A stretch of 64,000 nucleotides of DNA, from positions 143,856 through 207,855 of the IMG/VR virus record IMGVR_UViG_3300042340_000379; one strand, given 5' to 3'. The position numbers were made by a program, and so were the translations under genes. Positions 10,407-21,900 of the stretch are shown piece by piece (within the stretch, counting starts at the first letter, position 1; each line of letters starts with the position of its first letter). The notes under the pieces are model-generated. The model did not search any database. It saw nothing but the letters and a program-made list of their open reading frames with translations, and had not been told where the DNA came from.

Positions 10407-10949
10407 TTAGAAAAAGCGTGAGGTTGAAGAAGTGGGCGCTTGAGGGAATTGAAGCTTAGAATTCTGCTCCATACGCTGCATTTCCATCTTGCGCTCGGCC
10501 TGGCGATTATGCGATTCTCGCTCGCGAACGATGTTTTCCACCTCATGCGCAATCGCCTTTTTGAGCATGTCGTCTAAACCGTGCCTTTCAAACCAAGGGT
10601 CTTTACCTAACCAATCTTGTACAGGAATTGGTACAAGTTGGTTTATGGCTAGCCAAGATGAAAAGTCATACTTTTTAGCAACTCGCTTGATATCATCTTG
10701 AGACTGGTTGTATTCGTCAAAAATCTGCTGCTCGGTAAGTCTGTACCTAACACGGTCGAAAAACTCAAACAGCTCAAGAGGGTCAAGCCTTCCAACTAAT
10801 TCATAGAACACATCAACAAGTTCTGTTCTATGAATGGGGAAGTTCTCTAGGAAACGATGGCCTTGCGGGATGCAAGGCTCATAGTATCCTCGGTCAACTC
10901 GCTGGCGACGGCGGATGATTTGGGCTTGAGTTCGCCACCGAGCTTTTTT
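10407..10949 (-). CDS. -1 frameshift extension of the tail assembly chaperone (gpGT-like)
   Basis: The -1 frame from GCA AAA AAG is open (KARWRTQAQIIRRR...) and runs into ORF 10407..10811. Confidence 0.75.
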   Translation of the reverse strand, partial: KKARWRTQAQIIRRRQRVDRGYYEPCIPQGHRFLENFPIHRTELVDVFYELVGRLDPLELFEFFDRVRYRLTEQQIFDEYNQSQDDIKRVAKKYDFSSWLAINQLVPIPVQDWLGKDPWFERHGLDDMLKKAIAHEVENIVRERESHNRQAERKMEMQRMEQNSKLQFPQAPTSSTSRFF

Positions 10950-11629
10950 GCATCATCCATGTCTGACTCATCAATAGTAAACATATTGATAAAGACGGTC
11001 GCTGCAAACTGAACGTCAGCAATGTCCCATTCATCAAGAACTGAGATGACATCTTTAGGATGCTCTACTGGTACATCGTTTACAGCCGAGAGGCAGTAAG
11101 CCAAAAGAAACTCTTCAAGGCTGCAGCCCATTTCAGCCATGCCGGTGTACTTTTGGTCAGCAGCAAACTGAACGCCAGTAGAAGGAGTACGAAACTCAAT
11201 CGAGAGATTTGGACTAGGAAAGCGCCCTTTAGGAATACGGTAAGTAGGCTGGTACTGCTTGGTAAGATTCTCAGCAATTGCTTTAGCAGCTTTAGCCTGA
11301 TCTTTTGACATAAAGAAAGCTTCAGTAATCGCCACAGTTAGAAACTGGCGGTCACGAATCGGGAAAGGCTCAAGCCGATCAACCATGTCGCGAGGCTGAG
11401 CGTCCAAAGGCTGGTCGTTGATTTCCTGCATACTCTGAGCTAGCATTAGCTCTTCTACAGAGTATGGGTTGCGATCACGCTCAGGGTAAAGACGGCGGGC
11501 GCTGCGATAGGTGCCGTAAGTCGGCTCGTTAAAAGAGATAGAATACTGCTTAGAAGGAAGCTTTTCTGCTGCAATGCGGATCATAAGCTTTTTATTAGGA
11601 ACAATCTCATTCTCACTTTTATTAATCAA
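10847..11629 (-). CDS. tail assembly chaperone (tandem duplicated domain)
   Basis: Two similar halves (ISFNEPT...EELMLAQSMQEIND...DRQFL and IEFRTPS...EEFLLAYCLSAVND...DVQFA); A-AAA-AAG slippery site near the 3' end. Confidence 0.7.
   Translation of the reverse strand: MINKSENEIVPNKKLMIRIAAEKLPSKQYSISFNEPTYGTYRSARRLYPERDRNPYSVEELMLAQSMQEINDQPLDAQPRDMVDRLEPFPIRDRQFLTVAITEAFFMSKDQAKAAKAIAENLTKQYQPTYRIPKGRFPSPNLSIEFRTPSTGVQFAADQKYTGMAEMGCSLEEFLLAYCLSAVNDVPVEHPKDVISVLDEWDIADVQFAATVFINMFTIDESDMDDAKKLGGELKPKSSAVASELTEDTMSLASRKAIVS
10943..10949 (-). promoter_or_regulatory. programmed -1 ribosomal frameshift heptamer A-AAA-AAG
   Basis: Correct phase, followed by stem CTCGGTGGCGA...TCGCCAGCGAG. Confidence 0.75.
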
Positions 11630-11644
11630 GCAAAGTGGTCAATT

Positions 11645-12286
11645 ATGCAAAAGCTCATTTTTACTTTAATTTTAAGGTTAGGTTTGCTAGGAGCTGTACT
11701 TAGCGCGGGATTTCTCCTAGCTTTAGGCAAACTACCTGGCAAGAATCAGCTAGCCGAGTTTGTGTTCTCAGATAAAGTTGATGTCGATGTGCGCGAGATT
11801 AAGCTGTCTGAGATCCAAGCAGTTGCTAAACTTATAACCGCTGAGCAAGATTACGAGGTTAATATTCCTCTGCGCTCAGACCGGGAAGTTTTAGGAACGG
11901 TTGTGGGTAGTACCAAGCTTATTTACATCGCAAGGGGAACCGTCTCTGCTGGAGTAGACTTAAGCAAAGTGACTATTAAGGATATTGAGAACACACCTGA
12001 AGGATTAGTCTTAAACCTACCCGCTCCAAAAATTCTCGAAACAGAACTGGATGTATTTAAGTCTGCAGTGTTCGGGGAAAGCAAAAGTGTCTTTGGGCCT
12101 GACGTACTTGATAAGCTAGTCGTTCAGGGTCAACAAGAAGGAAAGATTGCCATTATGGAGCAAGCTTGTAATAGCAACCTTCTCCTAGAAGCCGCCCAGA
12201 ATGCTGAAAAGAGCCTGGCCGCAATTATCAAAGTTAACATACCTAACGGTGATTGCTGGCAGGCTGAACAGACAAAAATGTCGTAA
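11645..12286 (+). CDS. DUF4230-like membrane-anchored protein
   Basis: N-terminal TM helix; KLIYIARGTVSAGVDLSKV...LNLPAPKIL motif. Confidence 0.75.
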   Translation: MQKLIFTLILRLGLLGAVLSAGFLLALGKLPGKNQLAEFVFSDKVDVDVREIKLSEIQAVAKLITAEQDYEVNIPLRSDREVLGTVVGSTKLIYIARGTVSAGVDLSKVTIKDIENTPEGLVLNLPAPKILETELDVFKSAVFGESKSVFGPDVLDKLVVQGQQEGKIAIMEQACNSNLLLEAAQNAEKSLAAIIKVNIPNGDCWQAEQTKMS

Positions 12287-12320
12287 AGTAGTAGGGTAAT
12301 CCTAAAGCTTCTATAACGTC

Positions 12321-12548
12321 ATGCTAGCCTATAAAAAAAGAGACATTATCACTTATCAGTCTTTAGTCCTAATTATGTTAGGTCTAATTATAGCTTTGGC
12401 TTCCATTGGCTCTGTTACAATGGGGACACTCTCAAGTCGTATTGATATTCTTGAAAAGAAAGTGGATGCTCAAGCTGATCAGCAAATAGAGCAGAAAGCT
12501 AAGTCAGAAGCGATTACTAGAGAACTCACCATCCTTGAGAATAACTAG
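12321..12548 (+). CDS. small membrane protein with coiled coil
   Basis: One TM helix then a heptad-like tail. Confidence 0.55.
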   Translation: MLAYKKRDIITYQSLVLIMLGLIIALASIGSVTMGTLSSRIDILEKKVDAQADQQIEQKAKSEAITRELTILENN

Positions 12549-12870
12549 CATGCAAAAGCTAATGAGAAAGCTTTTCCATCTTGGCCCTCCTGAATCGCTC
12601 ATCGAAAACGTAAGCGTAAACTTTGATTCTCATCCAACTCTACCCGGCATGTTAGAGGTAGAAATTACAATCAGAGCTGTAGTCAGCCCGCATATCCTCA
12701 AGCATAAACTAACTAGTGTTGCTTTTGGCCCTAAAGGAAAACTAGAACAGTTTCTCCGTCTGGCCATGCCCTATGTCAACAGCGGAGAGAATTTAGAGGA
12801 GGTTCTTAATTTTGCCAATAAGCTTATCTCTAAAAACAAGCCGCAGAATCCTGGGACGGCTAAAAGCTAA
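12535..12870 (+). CDS. hypothetical protein (likely start ATG 12550)
   Basis: ORF between the small membrane protein and the giant gene. Confidence 0.5.
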   Translation: MRITSMQKLMRKLFHLGPPESLIENVSVNFDSHPTLPGMLEVEITIRAVVSPHILKHKLTSVAFGPKGKLEQFLRLAMPYVNSGENLEEVLNFANKLISKNKPQNPGTAKS

Positions 12871-12916
12871 GCGATTTGAGCACATTGACAAATTAAGTTT
12901 CTACTAGTCTGATGGG

Positions 12917-15900
12917 ATGGATCCCCTCTTCCCAGAATTAGACCCGGCTTTAATTGATAACCAGAACTCCGAAGTTCGAGAGCAAATCAGACGGTTAGAA
13001 AAATCAACCCCTGAAGATATTGCTCGCCAAGAGTTAACCACCCCTGACCTTAACTCCATAGGGATTAGTCGGGGGTTTAGACTTCACTACGGAGAAGTAT
13101 CCGATCGCCCTGGCACACGCTACAACATGCTAGGGCAAAAGATCTACGAACCACCGACTCTAGCAATGGAGTCTCAAGTTGGATTTTATGAGCCGGTCAG
13201 CGTTCGCGCCAACGTTTCTCTAGACCAATCCCTACAAGTTAGAGCTGTTAATGCAATCGACTCTATTAACTATGGACGTTCTGTATTAACTGGGCAGCAG
13301 CGAACTGTAACGAGTGGCTTAAACACTATGTTTGGGCGGCAGTTTAGAAGTTTAATGTATGACCAGCAAGTAAGAGCTGCCGGTCTTATGGGGTTAAGCC
13401 GAGAAGACACCCGCGCTCTTTTAGGAGAACCTGCAGTTAGAGAAGGGCTTTATCAAGACGCTGGCTTTAGAACACCCAGCCTTGAATCGATTATGGAGAA
13501 TATGGGCACCGGGATGCCTAGCGCTGAACGCATCAGTGACATAAATAGAATGGGCTTCTACGCCGATCGCTATGCAGATCCTGAGAGCGTTCAGAAACTT
13601 TATCGAGAAGTCAACCAACTAAAAAATGCCCTTGGCGATGGAATCAAATCTGTAGAAAAGCGCTATGCATACCGAAAAGTTAACGGCATGTACGAAAAAG
13701 TCCTTGTTGGCTTAAAGGTTGGAGTAAGAAATTACAATGACCTTTTTGACGGAATGGGTCTCTACAGCGGAACCAGCGCTCCTGCTGTTGAAAGAGAAAC
13801 TGCTTTTAACTTTACTGTTGACTCTAAGGGCCAAGTAATTGAACTTAATACTAATAGGGTAATTAGTGGTTCGCTTATGGCCCTTGGGCCGTCCAGCATT
13901 TCTACTATTGTGGGTTCCTCTCTTATTGGAGGAGAAGGTCGCCGCCAAAGTAGTTCGGCTACAGCGCTGGGCCTTTTAGCTACTTACGCCAGGTCATCAG
14001 AGCTTGAAGCTCGGCACGGTGTTGTAGATGGTGTGTTTAACACCATGATCGCACAAGGAGAATATGGTGCTCTTGGAAGAGTCTTTGCAGAAGCTCTTGT
14101 GTCTCGTAATGAGAAGTATGTCGCCAGCCGGGGCTTAAAATTTGGCGAAGTTGCTGGCCAAATGCTCAGCTCCGTCGGCCATAAAGATTTTAAGAAAGGT
14201 ATTCATGAACTAATTGAGAGTATTTCCTATCGCGGTCTTGAGTACTATTCCAGTCTCCATACTGTATTTAAGGAAAGCTTTGATGAAAACACAGCCCGCA
14301 TGGAGCTGTTTAGAAACCGGCAGTCTCTTCTTACAGCTGCCTTTGACCCTCTTCTAAATTACACGGGTGGGGAAGGCTCCAGATTTGATGGGTTAATTGA
14401 CACCACAATGAAGCGGGTAGTTGACCTAATTCAATCTGATAGCAGTACCCAGCGGTTAAAAATTGCAGGTCAGGATGTAGACATTTCTCTATTTGATGAC
14501 TTAAAAGTTGCGGCTTTAAACATGAGCCCAACAGGTCGAAGTGCTTACGACTTAAGAAAGAGTCAAGTCAGCCGCTCGATTCTGCAACTTATGATGTCGC
14601 CATTCCTAATGCCGCATGAGTCAGGCTACTCAGGGTCTCAGTCTTCCTCCCGCCTTGGATTGTTTGCCATGTCGGAAACTAGGGGTCAGCGGGGTATGTA
14701 CGAGCTTTTTGCCATAAGCCCGTCAAAGCATACCCACGGAATGAAGAGCACAAAGCCTGGTGAGTACTACAAACCTATTGGCTCACAGAGCGCTAAAAGC
14801 TCTGTTATGAAATATATTGGCGGATTTTATAAATTTGACGACACTGCTGCTAAAGTAGCTGAGTTTTATGAGACAAAGACTTTATTTGCAGGTATGCCCT
14901 CATTAAAGCGTGCCAAGCTTGATGACATTCAGATTCACATGCAAAAAGCTGGATATAAAAGTTCTCGAGAGATTATCGAGAAGTATCGAGCAGAGATGCA
15001 GCTAAAAGAGGATAAAGATATTGAAGTTCTACTCATGCCATTTAGAAAGCCTGAGCAGATCTCCCAACGTCTTAAAAACTTGGTAGGGGGTAGACCCATG
15101 CTAGAAATAGCAACGGGTCTTCGCCGCGCAGTGATGAGCCAGAGTGGGCAGCAACTTCGAAGTTATTTCTCTGGAGGAGACTATGGCGTTTCCCTTGATG
15201 TGGGGAAAGCGTTAAGCGGCAACATTCCTGCCGCGCTAAATGACATCCAGTATCAGCAGATGGAGCAAGAGAGATCGCGCATTATTGCTGAACTGGGTCT
15301 AGATGAAAAGAAAATAACGCCGAGACAGCAATCAGAGTTATCTCGTTTGCTAACCTCTCGTATGCGGGAAATTGAAACTCAGTTTAATGAAGGCGGCGGG
15401 TACATTCAAGGTAAAGCCGCTCGCTTAACCATGGTGGGCATGGGCGTGAACATGCTCTCTGACTTTATGCTCGTCAACCAGGAGTACGTCAACAACACAG
15501 CTTTTGGCTATCTACATCATTCCAAGTTTCGAGTTTCAGCTACTCAAAACGTTCGGTATGAAGGAGTGGGGCGAGTTACAGAAGCTGACCCTTATTTTGA
15601 CTGGAAGACTAATCGCCTGGCGGAGGTGTTTAAAGCTGGTACCTCTATCTATCTATCACCTACCCCTCTAAAAAATGAGAGGGCAATGGAGATTCTTAAA
15701 AAGACCGCGCAAAGCATGAGGTCTGAGTTTCTTGCTCGAGGCATTAGCAAACGAGAGAGTGACGCGCAAGTAAGGCGCACGCTTCAAAGCAACTTCAAAT
15801 TTTTAGAGAGCGTAGACATCAAAGATGGAGAAGTCACCAACGCAACGATGCGGGCGGGTGCGTACTCGTTTGATGGGAATGATATGCGGTTCCAAGGTGA

Positions 15901-18900
15901 ATTGGTTGGTTCCTCCCTCCGTCTTGGAATGCTGCCCACAAATAATCGTCAGAGGTTAGGTGAGACTGGATTAAGCGGGGCGACTTCACTTGACTTCTTC
16001 GATGTAAAAATCCCCGGTGTAATCCGCTCAGTGTCTAAAGGCTTAGTTACGGTAGCCAATGACATAAACTTTGCTCCTTCTAGTGGGGGATATGAAGCAG
16101 ACATTAATTTTCTGGTAACTTCAGATATTCCAAGTGGCTCTAGATCCTCTTCTCTTACAAAAGGCCCTTGGTCTATGTATGAAAGTGAATCATTTTGGGC
16201 ACGCGCTCGAGAGCAGGCTATTCAACATAGTTTTGTTTCTAAGCAAACAGCTCAAGAAGGGGTGTTTGGAATCTTAAGCCCAACCGCGTTTAAGGGTTAC
16301 AACTACGAAGCTGGCTTAGATATTCTTAGGGATGCTGAATCTCGACGGGATCTGCTAGCTATTCCTGCTGACCAAACTGCTTTTCTACTTGGTATAGCCT
16401 TTATGGAAAAAGGCGAGAAAGGCCAGCGGTTAAAAGCGGCTATGCGTGAGTATGCTAAAACTCAAAGCTTAGGCTCATCTGTCGGTCTTCTATTAGAAGA
16501 TGTTAACTCGGGGTCTAGCATTGAAAAAATGCGGAATTTAATGCTCTCCACGCCTGACATTATTGAGTTTGCTGGGGGACAAAGCCTAGACCAAATGGGA
16601 GACTACCTTGCTCAACGATTTGAGACAGGAGACTTCGACCCGATTAAAAAGAGCTTAAACCGCATTGTTGGAAAAGCTCTGGACAAGTCTGTTCAAATGG
16701 AGCAGTATGTTGAAGGGCAGTCTAGTCTAGTTAGAACTTTCCAAGAAGGAGATTTTAGCGTTAGAAGTGCCGGTTTAGTTGCTGATGTACTCAATACAAC
16801 TCGCCAATTAATTTATGGTGGCATGACTGTAGGTGATGACCCCCTCCAAGGATATGCTCTTGTAGACAAAGAGAAGGGCGCTCGAGTCGATCGCTTTATT
16901 GAAGATAAAGACTTCCGAGCCGCAACTTTAGATATAGCACAAAAGATGGGAGTTAGAAGTCTGCTTCCTTCCCAGCTTAAGTTAGAGGGAGCCCTAAGCA
17001 GCCTTAAAGAAGGAGACGAACTCTACTCTCAAGTAGAGTCAATGCTCTATTTAATGCATGGTCATTTTAGTACTTCTCCTTTAGTAGCTCGCGCTTCAAA
17101 TATGCTACCTAGCAGAATCCTAGTAGCCGCTGGTTCAGAAGATGCCGTAGCTCTAGAATTTCATTACTCTCTCAACTTAAGCAAGCGAGAGTTTGGCATG
17201 TTGCGCGGAACAGGCGTGGACATAGAGAAGTTTACAGACTTACAAGCCGCTTATGGCGTTGTGGCTACTCACGGCTCAGCCAACAGTACCTCTCGAATGA
17301 TGCAAGTTATCAGCCCGTTTAGTACTGATAAGACTCAAGCAGGCGTGGCTAAAACAATGTCCCGTCTTATCGAGGGTTACAACGACTTTAGCGGCAAGTT
17401 CAAATTCTTAGGCAGCGTTGGAAATCTCAGCCTTCTTGATGAAGTTGTTCGGTCAATGGTGACTGGAAAGACCGATCGCACGCTACAGCTAATGGCTAGC
17501 TATGACTTAGCTAACAGAGCGCTTCGTCATCAAAAAGGTTTAGGGCAATTTACTGAGCAGACGGTAATGAACGTCGCCGGGGCCTTTAACCCAGGAAGCC
17601 TTGATTTAGACAGTGCTTCATTTAGTCAATTGGCCGACCTGGCTAACATTTATGGGGTAAAAGGAAATACTAAAGAAGAGCTAGCCAAAGGGTTACGAGA
17701 AACTGGGCCAATACTTGGCAGAGGTATTCCCTACTATGGGCCTTCAAGAAATCCGTTCGAGATTAAGCGGATGGCAATGGCTCGGGCTGTTATTGACTTA
17801 TCTAAACGACAAAAACAAAAAGGGCACGGCTCCCTAGTCTTTGGAGTCACTTCAGATAATGAAGATGTCAGAGACATCATGAAACGGGAGCGACTAAGCG
17901 CTTATGGATTTGGCTACTCAGACTTTAGGCAAGCTCTTGATTTAGTAAGTGATACTCAAACAGGGCGTCTTCTTTCTGACGGGAATGGCGACAAAGATCA
18001 CGTTCAAAGAATTGCGGGGCGGCTGCAAGATCATGACCGCTCAGTAGAACTTATGATGGAAAAAGCGGCGGGCACCTCAGACACAGAGTCTTTTGTGGAT
18101 GTTCTATATAAAGTAGTCTCTGGTGCTCAGCAAGTTATTGAAAATACTGAACGAGGTTCTGATGATTATAAGCGGGCCGAACGCTTAAGAAGTGAGGTCT
18201 ATCAAACCAAGTCTCTTTTGATGCCTTTTGTTCAAACAGCTCGGGATGGGTCGAAAGGAATCATTAGTCTGTATGACCCAACAGAAATGGGCGGTCAGTT
18301 ACGATTCACCGGAACACCTGCCATTCGCTTGGGTCTTGATGTTCTGTCTAAAGTCCCCGCCCAGTTTGAGGATCACATTTCTGAGGTTGTAGATCGGCAG
18401 CGGCAGATATGGGAGATTCTCCCTGAATTCCAAAGCATTATGGATAGGCTCACAACCGGGCCCATCATGGATGCTAACTTAGGTGAGATTTCTGTCATTG
18501 AAGAGATGCAGCGCCTGGCTATTCAAAGCCAAGAGGATGCCGCGCTTCTCTTTGGTAGCGTTATGGCCCAACGATCGCAAGGGGAGAAAATTAAGTACCC
18601 TGGCGTTTCCTTTGTTGCAGTAGCTGATTATCTAGCTACTCCTATGGAAGCTTTTGTTGGTAGCCGGGTTATGGGAACTGGCTTAGACCAAGTTGTCCGA
18701 GATGCCCAAGCTAGCCTAAATGGAGAAGAGCGGAGAAACAATCGATGGGAAGCAGAGAGAGAAAGGCTTCTAAAGCGAGCGGTTACTCATAGCCAATCAA
18801 CTGAAAAATCAGTCCAGAATAAATTTAAGCTGGCCCAGCGTCGGCGTATGGAGCTTCTACGCCAGCGAGTAAACATTAGAAAAAACCTTAACGAGAATGT

Positions 18901-21900
18901 TGGGCGGTTAAAAGAAGAGCAGCGCGTTATTAAAAAAACTCGTGAGAGAGTTTTTAAGCAAGAACGGGGTGCAAACTACCAAGCGTATAGACTTGATGGG
19001 CTTAGCCAAAGATATAACCATGCTCAAGCTGAGATATATGGTGCTAGAGATAACTCTCAACGAGAACTGAGAGAGCTAAATCCTGAACTCAATCGATTGC
19101 GCAAAGATACAAAATTTATGCAGCGGCAGTTTGTTCAAAACAAACTTCACCAGTTTGTTGTTGAAGGCCAGCACGTTTCTATCTTTAACAAAGAATTTAT
19201 TGCTGGAATTGGCGCACGCGATGGAGTTGTGCAAAGCGAGCTACGAAGCATGATTGCTCAAGCTCCTGAGGGATTTGTCGAAGGACTTAGCTCAGGAGAA
19301 ATTTCAGACCAAAACTACTATGACAAGTTTGTGTCAGTTCTAAGTAAAGTAGACCAGCAAGGTCAAAACATCTACAGAGCTGAGCTGGCCGGAATTGAAA
19401 GCGCAATGGGCCACGCTCTTAGAGATGGCTCAGGTTCTAGAAGCGATCAGCGTCAAATCAAAAAATACATGGGGCGGCGAGCTGCCTTTAACCAAACTCA
19501 GCAAATTGGGTTTGACTTCAAACCTCAAGAATTCGCTGCTCTTCAAAAGCTTCAATCACTGACTGGCTACGTTAACAGAGCGGGTGGCCCTAGCGGCGGC
19601 TCTATTGTTAACCAGCAGCACTCAATCCAAAACGTTGAGCGTCTAAAAAACAAACAAGTCTCTGAAGGCAACCAACTCTCACTAGCTCTTGATGGAAACC
19701 AGACCGCGCTAATTGTCTCAATGTATGGCCGGTTTGGCGTGCAGGGCGGTGACTTTGACGGTGACGCTTACCAGCTCGTCTTTGGATTTAGAGACATTCA
19801 AGAGTCCTTAGTTAAATCAATCAACAAACGGAATCAGATGGAAGATTCCAAATTGGCCCTTGAGCTTGAAATGGGGAGCGGGGAATATGGCAGAGATGTT
19901 CTTTTGCGTCGAGCCCAGCTTAGCAACCAAATTCGAGTTGAACAACAAGGAATTGACGGTCTAATCGGAAAACTTGATAACCAATTCCAAATGGCTGGAG
20001 AGCAGATAAGCCAAGGTGTTCGTCGTCACGTCTCTTCTTTAACAGGTGTTCCCTTGTCAATTATGTTGAACAAGGACGTGTACAGTGATGAACAAGTCTC
20101 TAATATGATCGAGCAGCAACGGGGGATTACGCCTGGCTTAACCGACTTTGGAGATTCTTATGGTGGCGAGGCCACGTCTTACGGCTTCTTATTCAACGAC
20201 ATTAACCAAGACCTTGGAAGTCTAAACGGAAGTCTTGGAGATTACCTAGACACTAAATTGGAAGGAAAGCCCTACGGATTAGACAAAGCTCAGCTTAGCC
20301 AATTTAAGCAGTTGACAGAAGAAGCCATGTCTAAACTTGACTTGGTAAACTCAAATGCTTCTGAACGAGCCCAAGCCTTTGGAGTAGAGTTGGGAACTCT
20401 AAATAACCTGCGCATGAGTTTGGATACCACCCAAAAGTTCATTCAGTCAGCGGCGGGTACAGTTCTTGACATGAAGTCTTTTGATTTAATGCAAGATGCA
20501 ATTGGTTATGTGGGTACTTCTCTAATCGGGGAAGGCTACAACGCAATCACCAGCATGATAGGCCGGTCTACCCTAGCGCGAACTTTAGCTCATGGACTTG
20601 GCGCTGAGTCAATGGTCGGCTTAGACACCGCAGCCCTAAATCTTGGAGGACAAATTCAAGAAAGACTTGATTATCTATTTGCTGGTGGAGAGAAAGCAAA
20701 TACGTCCAGCAATATTAAAGAGAAGTTCGCAGTCGATGAGATAAAACGCACCGCCTATTTTGCTCAAGAGAAAAGCCAACAAATTAGCGGTAAGCTGACC
20801 ATGATTCAGCAAATGATCCGAGACTCTCTAAAACCCAAAGAGGCTGGAGGTCTTATTGGAGCCATAGTTGATAACTCTGCAGATGGGGAAGCGTTCAGAG
20901 AAAAGTTTGACCGACTAGAGAAAAAGGAAGAGCGTTTAGACGCGCTACGAAACTTTGTGTCTACTAGAGCCGTTACCTCAATGGTAGATACAAATGAGCG
21001 GGGGCTCATCAACGCTTTTGGTGCCATCTTCTTAATGGCTGATTACACCAAGGAAAGTTCTCCTGAGAAAATGCTTAGCGACAAATCTGATCGCTATAGT
21101 GTTCTGCGCCAAACTCGAGAGCTATATGAAAAACAGTCTTCCAGGCTTCAGCAAGGTAAAGGTTTAAGTTCAGATTTAGATACTATCACGCGCCTCCGTC
21201 TTCAAGACCCAGAGTTTAGAGACAAGATGGTAAATGATGATGGGTTCCTAATCCGTCAGACCGTTGTTGACTTAATCAATAGTGCTACTGCACAAGAGAC
21301 AACCTCCAAATACTTAGGTTACGATGCTAATGATAGAGTTAGACAAGCCAACGTAATAAGAGAACAGTACATTGGTGCTTTAGCATCAGAGCGTGGACTT
21401 CTCGATGCTTCGTCTGACTTCTACTTTAAAAACGAGCAGCATCAAATGGCTATGATGAGTGCTCTTAATATCAAAGAACAGGACATTCTTGGCTATACTC
21501 AAGGCCAAGTTCAGAATGTATTTTCAGATAGTAATGCAGCTTTTAAAGCTTTAACGGAAAGAACATTTGTTGAGTCAACTTATCTAGGAATGGGACAGGA
21601 AGACTTAGAGTTCTCCAGAAATGTCATTCAGGCTGGTCGCTCCTTAGAGTTTATGGAGTTTGGGAACCAAATAGCATTTGCGCCTTTTGCAGCAGCTCAA
21701 AGCGAAAACCTTGTAGCTATAGAACAGTTAATGCGTCGGGGTAAATTAGATGACCCTGCTTTAATGAGAGAGGTTCAAATCAACAGCTCGGCAAGATTGT
21801 TTGATGCAATCGCCAAGGTCAGCACAAAACTTACCTCTCAGTATGGTTCTTTAGAATCAGCCATTAGTAAAGAGGAAGTGTATAAAGGCTATTCTCAAAT

